DNA of 34,393 bases from Vicinamibacterales bacterium (GTDB lineage: Bacteria > Acidobacteriota > Vicinamibacteria > Vicinamibacterales > UBA2999), in assembly GCA_036521515.1 (NCBI GenBank), contig DATDHP010000086.1, positions 1 to 34,393 on the forward strand. The letters run 5' to 3'. How positions within the stretch are numbered: the first letter of the stretch is position 1; every line of letters begins with the position of its first letter. Below the pieces are notes generated by a model, which worked only from the letters and a program-made list of their open reading frames with translations, did not search any database and had not been told where the DNA came from. This document shows positions 18,008 through 27,016 of the stretch, piece by piece. Made by a program: the position numbers and the translations under genes.

Positions 18008-18670
18008 TCAGCGAGTCGCTGCGCCCGGGGTGACGAGCGGACGAACGTACGTCAGGACAGTCGACGCCATCACCCGGGCGCCGGCGGCGTTGGGGTGCAG
18101 GCCGTCCGATGACATCAGGTCAGGGTTCCCCAGCACGCCCATCAGGATGAATGGCACCAGCGATACGTTGTGCTTGGCCGCGAGCGCCGTGTACATGTTG
18201 TGGAAGTCCACTGTGTACTGCCATCCGTGCAGCGGCAGCGCTTCCATGGCGCAGAGCAGCACGGTGACACCGCGCGCCCGTGCCGTTTCGATGATCGTCT
18301 CGAGGTTCTTATGCACCTGCGCGACGGACACGCCGCGCAACCCGTCGTTCACGCCCAGCGCGACGATGAGGACGTCGGGACGATCCGCCAGTGCGGTCGT
18401 CAGGCGCCGGACGCCCCCCGCTGTGGTGTCGCCGGAGACGCCGTGATTCACCACGACTGCGGGCACCCCTTCATCCTTGAGTGCGGCCTCGAGCACGGCC
18501 GGGTACGCCTGCGCACGCGGCAGCCGGTGCCCCGAGGTCAGGCTGTCGCCGAGCGCGACAATCCGGATCGAGGCGGCCGGCTGCACGGCAGCCTGGTCGG
18601 CATCAACAGTCCGGATGCCGGCCGTCACCGCCAGCACGGCGGCGACAGGAACTATCTGAAATGTGCGCAT
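18008..18670 (-). CDS. SGNH/GDSL hydrolase (TesA-like arylesterase), secreted
   Basis: Block I VALGDSLTSG, block III GVNDGLRG, block V DGLHPNAAG. Signal peptide follows the ATG at 18670. Confidence 0.85.
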   Translation of the reverse strand: MRTFQIVPVAAVLAVTAGIRTVDADQAAVQPAASIRIVALGDSLTSGHRLPRAQAYPAVLEAALKDEGVPAVVVNHGVSGDTTAGGVRRLTTALADRPDVLIVALGVNDGLRGVSVAQVHKNLETIIETARARGVTVLLCAMEALPLHGWQYTVDFHNMYTALAAKHNVSLVPFILMGVLGNPDLMSSDGLHPNAAGARVMASTVLTYVRPLVTPGAATR

Positions 18671-18732
18671 GGTCGGCTGGCCGCCCGGGAAACACGACTG
18701 CGACATTCAGTGTAGCAGGCGCACCATCGATG

Positions 18733-18814
18733 CATCTTCAATCTGCAATCTTCAATCTGCACGACCAATGATCAAATTGAGATGTCAAGATTGCAAATTG
18801 AAGATTCGAAGATG
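18733..18814. repeat. AT-rich heptamer hairpin (ATCTTCA/ATCTGCA) abutting the bfr stop codon
   Basis: Left arm (ATCTTCA ATCTGCA)x2 at 18734-18761. Right arm TCAAGAT TGCAAAT TGAAGAT TCGAAGATG at 18785-18814. Confidence 0.75.
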
Positions 18815-19291
18815 TCAGTCCTTGGGGCCGTCCACCTGCAGGGAGAGGTATCGCTCGTACCCCATCTCCTTGATCTGGTGGAGCTGGGCTTCGAGCCAGT
18901 CGACGTGATCTTCCTCGTCTTTCAGCAGTATCGAGAACAGCTCCCGCGAGGCGTCGTCGCCCACGTCGCGTGAGACCTTGATCGCGTTGTTGTACATCGC
19001 GACCGCACTCTCCTCGAGCTTGAGGTCCGACTCGAGCTGGGCGCGGATGTTCTGTCCGACGGTCAGGTCCATGTGTTCCATCTTGGGTGTCGCATCCAGG
19101 AACAACAGGCGCTCAATGATCTTCTCGGCGTGCTTCATCTCGTCGATGGACTGTTTCCTGATGTAGTCGCCGAGGCGGTGATAGCCCCAGTTGTGAGCCA
19201 TTTCCGCGTGCAGGAAGTACTGGTTGATCGCCGTGAGCTCTTCTTGGAGCGCCAAATTCAGTTGAGCTATTACCTGGTCGTTGCCACGCAT
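18815..19291 (-). CDS. bfr: bacterioferritin
   Basis: 158 aa from MRGNDQVIAQLNLALQEELTAINQYFLHAEM... The heme-ligand Met context (IDEMKHAEK) and ferroxidase Glu/His residues are present. GGAGG Shine-Dalgarno. Confidence 0.9.
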   Translation of the reverse strand: MRGNDQVIAQLNLALQEELTAINQYFLHAEMAHNWGYHRLGDYIRKQSIDEMKHAEKIIERLLFLDATPKMEHMDLTVGQNIRAQLESDLKLEESAVAMYNNAIKVSRDVGDDASRELFSILLKDEEDHVDWLEAQLHQIKEMGYERYLSLQVDGPKD

Positions 19292-19597
19292 CCGGCCGCC
19301 TCCTTCGCCGCGCGCTCGCAGGCCCGCATGGGGGTCTGCCTTTCGAAGCACGCGTCCCGCCATCGTACGTCCATCGCCGCGTCCTGCTCAATGGTTCCTC
19401 ATGACGAAAGTATGCGCGGACGGGCGCGGCCGGCATGAGGCGATGAGGCAGGTCGAACAGTCGCCGCGCCGACTCGAGACCGACGCTCTCGATCACAATC
19501 GGACGCCAGCAACACTCGTAGCCGAGCGACGAGGAGTTGACCGCGTGACGGGAATCGGGGCGAGGGGGCTTCAGGAGTCCCCGCGGCGGGCCGTGGC

Positions 19598-19631
19598 CAC
19601 ATTTGAAAGAAGTGGACACATGTGAAAGAAG
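19598..19631. promoter_or_regulatory. two direct repeats CACAT(T/G)TGAAAGAAG spaced 19 bp apart (possible operator or promoter element)
   Basis: 19598-19612 and 19617-19631 match 14/15. They form an AT-rich patch in the 470-bp divergent bfr/TPR intergenic region. Confidence 0.25.
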
Positions 19632-19764
19632 CGATGCCCTCTGCGCAGGTCGGGCACCTCGAAATGCGTGTGTTTCCGGCGTTCCTCGAATGGGCCTGAA
19701 ATTTGCCCAGTAGAGTCACGTATGGGCTGGCCCCAGCCGGCCCGCTCCAAGTCAATGCCGTACA

Positions 19765-20376
19765 ATGCCTGGTAAGTCTATGAAGAGAATGCTGCTTACG
19801 GTTGTGCTCGTGCTGGTCCCCATGGCCGCGCTCGCCCAGGACGCCGGTCAGTTCCAGCGAATGTTCGAAGCTGGAAAGTATCAGCAGGTTGTCGAGAGCG
19901 CCTCGTCTGATGCTCCGCCGCCTGTGCTTTACACGGCTGCGCAAAGCCACCAGAAGCTTGGCGCCACCGACCAGGCGCTCGAGACGTACCGGCGGCTGGC
20001 CAATCTGCCCGAGAGCGATCCGTGGCACTTCGTCGGCCTCGCAGCTCAACAATTGCTCGAAGGCCAGACCGACGCGGCGCTCAATTCAGCGCGGCGCGCT
20101 GTCGAGATGGACGGGAACCTGGCGGCAGCCCATTACCAGCTCGGACTGGTCCTCGCGCGTCGACAGGACTGGCGCGATGGCGCCGAAGCCTTCGACCGCG
20201 CGGCGGAGCTCGATCCCGCCAACGCCTACGCGCACTACTACGGCGGCCTCATGCACTACCGTGCGAACCGCCCGGACCGGATGGCCATCCACTTCGAGCA
20301 GTTCCTCAAACTCGCGCCCGAGTCTCCCGAGCGGCCCGAAGTGATGTCGATCATGAAGACCATTCGGGGACGGTAA
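19765..20376 (+). CDS. secreted tetratricopeptide-repeat protein
   Basis: Signal peptide (MKRMLLTVVLVLVPMAALAQD) and 3-4 TPR-like units (AAHYQLGLVLARRQDWRDGAEAFDRAAELDPANAYAHYYGGL). Confidence 0.8.
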   Translation: MPGKSMKRMLLTVVLVLVPMAALAQDAGQFQRMFEAGKYQQVVESASSDAPPPVLYTAAQSHQKLGATDQALETYRRLANLPESDPWHFVGLAAQQLLEGQTDAALNSARRAVEMDGNLAAAHYQLGLVLARRQDWRDGAEAFDRAAELDPANAYAHYYGGLMHYRANRPDRMAIHFEQFLKLAPESPERPEVMSIMKTIRGR

Positions 20377-20380
20377 GCAG

Positions 20381-20578
20381 CAAGGCACAGGGGCTCAAGG
20401 CAAGGCTCAGGGCACAAGGCACAAGGCACAAGGCTCAAAGGCACGAAGGCGGACCTGAAGGGCCGCCTCTACGACCACTAAAGCCGGCCTCCCCGAGCAC
20501 AGTGTGTTCGTACAGGCGGACCTTCAGGTCCGCCTTTGGGCTTTGAGCCTTGTGCCTTGGGCCTTGGGCCTTGAGCCC
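20381..20578. repeat. compound element: outer heptamer arms (GGCACAA/GGCTCAA against CCTTGTG/CCTTGAG) enclosing two inverted copies of the family-1 26-mer
   Basis: Family-1 copies lie at 20447-20472 (reverse orientation) and 20510-20535 (forward). The outer arms 20391-20444 and 20536-20578 share GGGCTCAAGG and AAGGCACAAGGCTCAAAG. The element fills the whole spacer between convergent stops. Confidence 0.85.
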
Positions 20579-23500
20579 TTAGAACGCCTGCCCAATCCCG
20601 AACGTCCACAGTCCGGAGCTTGGGAACTCGAATCCGGACGAGATCACCCGGCCGTAGTCCAGCCGGAGCACGCCGAAGGGCGTCGTCAGGCGCACCCCGA
20701 ATCCCGCCGACATCGACATGTCGCGGAATGAGACCTTTGGCTCAGGCGACATGCTCCCGAAATCGACAAAGCCCACTCCTCTCACCCAGCGATACACCGG
20801 GAACCGCACTTCCTGATTCAACACCAGCAGCCCCTGGCCGCCAACCGGATCACCGAAGAAGTTCCGTTCGCTGAGGCCGTCCTCCTCGAAGCCGCGGACG
20901 GTGCGCGCGCCGCCGGCAAAGAAGTGGAAGGACGACAGCAGCTCCTGCCCGGCGAGCGGCTTCACGACACCCACCCGGGCCGCCGAGGCGAAGACGATCC
21001 GGCGCCACGGCCGGAAGTAATACCCCTGCGTCAGCGAGCGCACGTACGAAATGTCGGACCCGAGGCCGTCCGCCGCGAGCTCGAGGCTCGTGGACAGCAG
21101 CGAGCCGCGCACGGTGTCGGCGGGATCATCGCGCGTGTCCCATGCGCCACTGCCGGTGAGCCGCGCCGCGGTGATGAGGACGTCGAAGGGGATGTCGGTG
21201 ATGTCAGTCGGCGGCTCCGTATCGAACGTGTGGTTCTGCTCGATCCGGTACGCATACGACACGTTGATGCGCGGCGTCACGCGCCAGCGCTGCTCCCACG
21301 CGGCGCTGCTCGTGTCGGTCTCGAGCGAGTCTGATGCGAAGCTGCGCCGGGCACGCTCGACGACGAACGACGACCCCACGCGCAGTCCGAACATCGTCGG
21401 CGCACTGACGAACACGCGGCCAAGGCGCTCACGCTGCTGGAATCCAGCGGCGCCGCCAAGGGTCATAGCACGGCCGAACAGCGTGCGCCGGGTGACGTCG
21501 GCGGAGAGCCCGGGCACGAGGTCGCGGCCGTTCACGTTGTCCTCCGGCCGTTCCTCCGCCAGCAACAGGCCGTAGCGGGCACGTAGCGCCGGCCACTCCT
21601 CGACCGTCACGCGCATCCGCATCGGGAGCATCCCTTCGGCGGCCGCCGCGTCGGCGAGCGGCTCCGACGATACATCCACGCGGCGGAAGAGCCCGGTGTC
21701 GAATACGCGCGTGCGCGCCTGCAGCCACTCCTCGGGCCGGAGCGGCTGCTTCAGCGTCAGGTCGAGCGCACGTTCGATCACGTCGGTGTCGATGGACTGG
21801 TTTCCGCCGACCGCGATTTCCGCCAATACCTGGCGCGGGCCCTCTGCGACCACGAATGTCACGTCGAGCCGCGGTTCGCCACTCCGGAGCGCCTGGCGTG
21901 CCGTCACGGTCACCGAGGCAAAGCCTTCGCGGCGATACAACCCGACGATGCGCTCGCGCGCGAGCTCGATTGCCGCCGGATCGGCCGCGACACCTTCGGC
22001 GAGCGCCGCCGCCTCGCGCAGCTGATCGATTGTCAGCCGCATGACCCCTTCGAGACCAACTGTACCGATCACGACCGGCTCACCGGGCGTCACCGTGATT
22101 GGGACGACCGCGGCATCCCCGTCGAAGCGTGGCGCGCCAACGGTCACTCGGGCCCCCAGGTACCCTTGCGTCCGTAAGTACTCGGTCAGCTCACGCCCCA
22201 CTCCGCCGGGGTCGGTCGCGGCTCTGTCCGCGAGGCGCCGCAGCGCGACCTCGGCGGAGACCTGCTCACGCAGCGGACCCTCAACCTCCTGGATCTCCAC
22301 CGTGACCGTGGCTGTCCGTGGCCCGGGCACCGCGTCAATCGTGAGCGTCTGCGTCTCCACGGCTTCCATCATGCGGGCGCTCACCTTCGCCTGAAGATAG
22401 CCCTGTTGCGCAAGCGCTCTGCTGACGATCTCCGTCGCTTCCTCGATCAGAAAACTCTCGAACACCGACTCGGCCCATGCCTGGCGCAGCTCCGCCATCA
22501 CCGCGGCCGGAACATCCATGCCCTCGACGACAATCTCGGTCCGCGGCCCTGGTGTCACCGTGTAGGTGAGCGTCACGCCCGCGTCGGCTTCCATGCGGGT
22601 CGCCGTGATACGCGCGGTGAGATATCCCTGCGCCTGGTAAAACTGTTCCACACGATCGCGGTCGCGTTGCCATTCGCCGAAGTCGAAACGATCGCCTTCC
22701 GCGAGAGACAGCAGGTCGCGCACGCGAGCCTCGGGCGCGACGAGAGCTCCCTGGATTGCGACCGTTGTGACGCGCAGGTCCGCGCGCCGTCGTACGGCAG
22801 GCGCCGCTGCCGTGCGTCGGGCGCCGCCGAAGCTCATGTCGTGGCGAAGGCCGAACGAAAACAGGTCGTCGTCATCGGAGACGAGGCGCAACTCGATCTG
22901 GCGGGACGGCAGGTACTCGACGATCCACGTCTGCGCGTCGCCGTCGCGCAGGCTCTGCGAGAGGGTGACGTCCAGGTTGCTCCCGAAGCCTTTCCCGAAC
23001 GTCAATCGGGACGTGGGGTCGAGATCCGCAGTCAGCACAGTGGAGTCGCTCAGGATGCCCGACGTCTGAACACCCCCGATACGAAGCGTGTCGAGGCCGA
23101 TGGCCCGGCCGGCGAAGCCGAGCACGTCGGCGGACAAATTCCCCAGCACCTGCTCACCGATGAACGCCGCGTCGGCCGTGTTCAGGTTCGCGAGACGACG
23201 GCCGGTCATGAGCAGCGCCGTGAGCTCGACCTGACTGAGAACTTCCTCCGACGACGGTGCCTCGAGCGAGACGCTCGGACTCGCCGGAGTTCCGGCAATC
23301 GTGACTTCGATGTCCACTCCGCCGGCACGTGTCGTCAAAGCCAGGTTGAGGTTCGGCTCGATGACGGCCGGGTTCGCAAAGTCAATCGTGCCGGAGGTCA
23401 CGGTGTAGATGTTCCGGCCCACGAACAGTTGCCCGCCTTCCCGCAGGTCGGCGCGACCGGAGAGCGCTGGCGCCGCCGCCGTCCCGATCAACCGAAGGTC

Positions 23501-26500
23501 GGCCCCGAGCTGGAACTGGCCGTAGTTGTTGTCGACGATGATGTCTTCGTCGGTGACGAGACGGACGTCGAGCGCCAGGCGCTCGAGGGCGTCGCCGCTT
23601 TCCACCGCGGTGGCGACCTGCGCCGCGCGAAGGTTGGCGAGCAGACCGGTCACCACGGCGAGCGGCTCTCGATACGCGCCGCGCAGCACGGTGACCGTGC
23701 CCTCGAGGCGGGTATCCGGTAGATCCTGCCCGGGAACGGTCGCCGCCACCACGCGGAGGTCGGCGTCCAGCTCGCTGCGAAGGCCGGCTGGAAACTCGAG
23801 CGCCATCGAACGGATGCCCGTGGCGATCCGCGCACTCACCTGCCCGGCTGACCCGAGCTCTGCGCTTCCCTCTGCGGTGAGGCTGCCGCCATTGATCGAC
23901 CCGGTCATCGACGTCAGGTTGACGGTCGAGCGCGTGAGCACGGCCCGGCCGTTCAGGTCGGACACGATGACGCGCGGAGCGACCAGCCGCATCTCGCCGC
24001 CGGTCACCAGGAGATCGCCATCGACGCGCGGATCGCCGAGCGCGCCGGTAATCGACAGGCGCGGCTGAAGGGACCCGGCCGTGGTAAGGCCTGCGGCCCG
24101 GACGAATGGCGTAGCCATGCGCAAGTCGAGTTCCCCGTTCGCGAGGATCGCGGCCTGAAGATCCTCGAGGCGCACCTGTCCCTGCACGCTCACCCTGGCG
24201 CCCTGGCCGGTCCAGTCCCAGGCCTCGACGCGGGCCAGGCCGTCGCGCGCGACGATGCGCGTGGGCACACGCTGGGTGACTGGAAGGTCCGCGATCCGCA
24301 GGTCGAGCCGATCGAGCTGGAGTTCCCCGCGAACGGCGGTCAGGTCGAGCGACGGCGAACTGGCGGACAACGTGGCATCGACCGACCCGGAGATCTCCTG
24401 GGCCGCGCTGGTGTCCAGGAAGGGTTCGAGCACCATCGCGGTGATGCCCGTGACGCTGGCCTGCAGCGATGCCTCGCCCGGCCCGGCGCCAGGAACCGGA
24501 ATGCCAGCGAGTGACAGCGGCGCTCGCCCCATTCCACTGACCGTGGCCCCCTGGTACACACCGCGGGCCTCGCGCAGGTCGATCCAACCGTCTTCCACGT
24601 GCGTCCGCATGCGCAGATCGGAAATCGTCGGAAGGTCGGTCAGCGTGATCTCGCCTGGACCGACCTCGAGATCGGCCGAGACGAGCGGCGCCTCGAGCGA
24701 ACCCGCCACGCGCGCGAGCAGCGCGACCGGGCCGCTGCCCCCGGCCACCGGCACCGAGGTGATGCCGGTCGCCGCCACGGTCCTCGCGACCTCTCCGATG
24801 TTTCCGCTCATCGTGGCAATGATGCCCGCCGGGAGACTTCCAGCCCCTTGTTCCTGGCTCCGGGTGGCGAACGCGTACATCTCGCCCGAGGCTGAGATAT
24901 GCGTCTCGCCAGCCGCCGCTTCGAGGCGATCGATCGCGAGGCGTTCGCTCCGGTATCTCAGCAGCGCCGGCTCGAGAAGCCGTACCGGCAAGTCGCCGGC
25001 CTTCCCCTCGAATGCGGTGACCTCGAGGTCGGCAGAGCCGGCCCTCCACGTTTCGAGTGGCCCGTCCGCCCGGAGGGCCAGCGTCGTCGTGCCTCCGATT
25101 GCGATGGGAGTCTCGACCATCCCGAGGATCCGCACCAGGTCGATCCGATCGACATGCGCGGTCATCGATGTCATGTAGGGTTTCGAGATGGCGATCCGCG
25201 CGTCCGCCGTGGCGTTGAACTGCGGCACCGTCGCCGCGATATGAGCCAGTTGCGGATCGACCTCCACGGTCGCCATGATGTCGCCGATCGTCACGTTTTC
25301 CCACGCGACCTCACGCGCGGTGACAGCGCCCTCCGCCATCACCTCCGCGGCCCGCCCCGATCCGCGCACCATCGCATCGACGCGTCCGCGCAGCGGCATG
25401 TCGACGGTCGGTGCCAGGGCCCAGTCGGTGAGCGTGGAGTCGAAGGTGTAGCGCTCCGTGCCCGTGTCGAACGTCCCCGAGATCGACACCGGACCGCTGG
25501 CAGGCGGATCCGCCACGCGCACATTGTCGCTGACCGCGCTGAAGGTGACGTGCGTGCCCGAGGACGTGCCCGTGTCGAGCGCACCCGAGATCGAGACGGG
25601 ACCGCTGGCGGGCGGGTTTGCCACCGTCAAATTGTCGCTGGCGGCGGTGAACGTCACGTGCGCGCGCGAGAACGTGCCTTCGATACGCGCCTCCGCACGC
25701 GCGCGGCCGGCCGGAACCGCATCAGCGGGAACGTCCGCGAGTCGAGCGCGGCGCAGCGCATCCGCCACGGCCTGCACATCCGCATCGGGAATCCGCACGT
25801 CGCCGGCAACCGTTGATTGGGGGATCTCGCTGGCAAGCCGACCGGAAAGCGAAAACGCCGTCCTCGCCACGTTACCGGCGCGGTGCTCTCCCTCGAGGCG
25901 CCACTGGCCGCTCGAGAGAGTCAGCCGCGACTCGCCGGGCATCGCAAGGGGAATGAACGGCGTCGGACGATTGCCGAGCTGGATGCGGGCAGCGACGGTG
26001 GCGCGTGCCGTGAGAGGATCGTCGCCCGCCAACGGAACCATTGCCGAGCCGCTGATGCGCCCGCCCTCGATGTCGAACGCCGCCCGCGCGATCGTCAACA
26101 GGTCCGGCGTGACGTTCGCGCTCGCCGCAACATTGACGAGCGCGATCTGCGGCGTGGCAATTCGGGGCGCGTTGATCTCGAGCTCGGCTGTCGGTCCGGC
26201 GAGCGGCCCGGCGACGCGACCGGCGAACGTGAGCGTGCCGCGAGGCGCCTCCGCCTCCGCCATGCCCCACCGCGCAAGACGCGCAACCTCCGCCGCGCCG
26301 TCCACGCGCAGGTCGAGCGCCGGGGCGGCCGCGATGACGGTGAGTGCCCCGTCCACACGGACGCGGCCTTCCTCAGCCTGCACCTCCATGCCCGCGAGGT
26401 GAAGCGTGCGGCCATCGAACCTCGCGCGCCCCGCGAGCGAGGTGACGTGGGTGCCCTGGTCTCCGACGCTCAGAGTCGCCGGTCCCGTCACCGCGATGCG

Positions 26501-27016
26501 GCCATCATCCGCCGCGAGCTCCACCACGGCGCCCGGAATCGTCAACGCGAACCTGGCGACCTCATCCCGCACGTCCACCCTGAGCGGCGACAGCAGAAGA
26601 TGGCCGAATCGAAGCGGCGCGGGCTCGCCTTCGCCAGCGGCGGTCGAGTCAGGCAGGTTGGTCTCCGCTGCCGCGGAGCGGACGATGCGCACGACGCCAT
26701 TGGTGACGGCGACGTCGTCGAGCGCGACGTCACCGAAAAGCGTGCGCCGCGGCACGGTCACCGCGACGTAATCGGCTTCGAAGAGGGGTGGCTGCTTTCC
26801 CTGCGCGGAGATGCGCACGTCCGCGAGACCGATGCGCAGGCCGGCCAGGTTGTAGTCGAGCCGCGATGCATCCACGCGGATCCCGTATTGAGCCTGGACT
26901 GTGGCCACCGCATACCTGAGGACGCGGGCGCGGACGAACGGGGCATGCACGAGGAGGGTGGCCGCTGCGACCAGCAGCACTGCAGCCACGAGGAACAACG
27001 CGAGCCGGCGCCTCAT
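20579..27016 (-). CDS. 2145-aa fusion: TamB-like (signal-anchor + beta-rich repeat region + DUF490-like end) joined to POTRA repeats and an Omp85/TamA-BamA-type barrel
   Basis: One uninterrupted frame. aa 1-1397 (nt 22826-27016) are TamB-like and end WIVEYLPSRQIELRLVSDDDDLFSFGLRHDMSFGG. aa about 1412-1808 (21593-22783) are POTRA-like modules. aa about 1809-2145 (20582-21592) are a barrel ending GLWTFGIGQAF. Confidence 0.85.
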   Translation of the reverse strand: MRRRLALFLVAAVLLVAAATLLVHAPFVRARVLRYAVATVQAQYGIRVDASRLDYNLAGLRIGLADVRISAQGKQPPLFEADYVAVTVPRRTLFGDVALDDVAVTNGVVRIVRSAAAETNLPDSTAAGEGEPAPLRFGHLLLSPLRVDVRDEVARFALTIPGAVVELAADDGRIAVTGPATLSVGDQGTHVTSLAGRARFDGRTLHLAGMEVQAEEGRVRVDGALTVIAAAPALDLRVDGAAEVARLARWGMAEAEAPRGTLTFAGRVAGPLAGPTAELEINAPRIATPQIALVNVAASANVTPDLLTIARAAFDIEGGRISGSAMVPLAGDDPLTARATVAARIQLGNRPTPFIPLAMPGESRLTLSSGQWRLEGEHRAGNVARTAFSLSGRLASEIPQSTVAGDVRIPDADVQAVADALRRARLADVPADAVPAGRARAEARIEGTFSRAHVTFTAASDNLTVANPPASGPVSISGALDTGTSSGTHVTFSAVSDNVRVADPPASGPVSISGTFDTGTERYTFDSTLTDWALAPTVDMPLRGRVDAMVRGSGRAAEVMAEGAVTAREVAWENVTIGDIMATVEVDPQLAHIAATVPQFNATADARIAISKPYMTSMTAHVDRIDLVRILGMVETPIAIGGTTTLALRADGPLETWRAGSADLEVTAFEGKAGDLPVRLLEPALLRYRSERLAIDRLEAAAGETHISASGEMYAFATRSQEQGAGSLPAGIIATMSGNIGEVARTVAATGITSVPVAGGSGPVALLARVAGSLEAPLVSADLEVGPGEITLTDLPTISDLRMRTHVEDGWIDLREARGVYQGATVSGMGRAPLSLAGIPVPGAGPGEASLQASVTGITAMVLEPFLDTSAAQEISGSVDATLSASSPSLDLTAVRGELQLDRLDLRIADLPVTQRVPTRIVARDGLARVEAWDWTGQGARVSVQGQVRLEDLQAAILANGELDLRMATPFVRAAGLTTAGSLQPRLSITGALGDPRVDGDLLVTGGEMRLVAPRVIVSDLNGRAVLTRSTVNLTSMTGSINGGSLTAEGSAELGSAGQVSARIATGIRSMALEFPAGLRSELDADLRVVAATVPGQDLPDTRLEGTVTVLRGAYREPLAVVTGLLANLRAAQVATAVESGDALERLALDVRLVTDEDIIVDNNYGQFQLGADLRLIGTAAAPALSGRADLREGGQLFVGRNIYTVTSGTIDFANPAVIEPNLNLALTTRAGGVDIEVTIAGTPASPSVSLEAPSSEEVLSQVELTALLMTGRRLANLNTADAAFIGEQVLGNLSADVLGFAGRAIGLDTLRIGGVQTSGILSDSTVLTADLDPTSRLTFGKGFGSNLDVTLSQSLRDGDAQTWIVEYLPSRQIELRLVSDDDDLFSFGLRHDMSFGGARRTAAAPAVRRRADLRVTTVAIQGALVAPEARVRDLLSLAEGDRFDFGEWQRDRDRVEQFYQAQGYLTARITATRMEADAGVTLTYTVTPGPRTEIVVEGMDVPAAVMAELRQAWAESVFESFLIEEATEIVSRALAQQGYLQAKVSARMMEAVETQTLTIDAVPGPRTATVTVEIQEVEGPLREQVSAEVALRRLADRAATDPGGVGRELTEYLRTQGYLGARVTVGAPRFDGDAAVVPITVTPGEPVVIGTVGLEGVMRLTIDQLREAAALAEGVAADPAAIELARERIVGLYRREGFASVTVTARQALRSGEPRLDVTFVVAEGPRQVLAEIAVGGNQSIDTDVIERALDLTLKQPLRPEEWLQARTRVFDTGLFRRVDVSSEPLADAAAAEGMLPMRMRVTVEEWPALRARYGLLLAEERPEDNVNGRDLVPGLSADVTRRTLFGRAMTLGGAAGFQQRERLGRVFVSAPTMFGLRVGSSFVVERARRSFASDSLETDTSSAAWEQRWRVTPRINVSYAYRIEQNHTFDTEPPTDITDIPFDVLITAARLTGSGAWDTRDDPADTVRGSLLSTSLELAADGLGSDISYVRSLTQGYYFRPWRRIVFASAARVGVVKPLAGQELLSSFHFFAGGARTVRGFEEDGLSERNFFGDPVGGQGLLVLNQEVRFPVYRWVRGVGFVDFGSMSPEPKVSFRDMSMSAGFGVRLTTPFGVLRLDYGRVISSGFEFPSSGLWTFGIGQAF

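Noticed and set aside
19292-19420. Fur box expected upstream of bacterioferritin
   Set aside because: No AT-rich 19-bp GATAATGATAATCATTATC-like sequence is visible, and the region is GC-rich. Iron regulation, if any, must use another site or regulator.
20381-20578. Possible CRISPR array. The same question was asked of 28210-28345 and 8026-8208.
   Set aside because: The repeat units are only 7-8 nt, directly abutting with no spacers, and are arranged as two complementary arms. There are no cas genes in the window.
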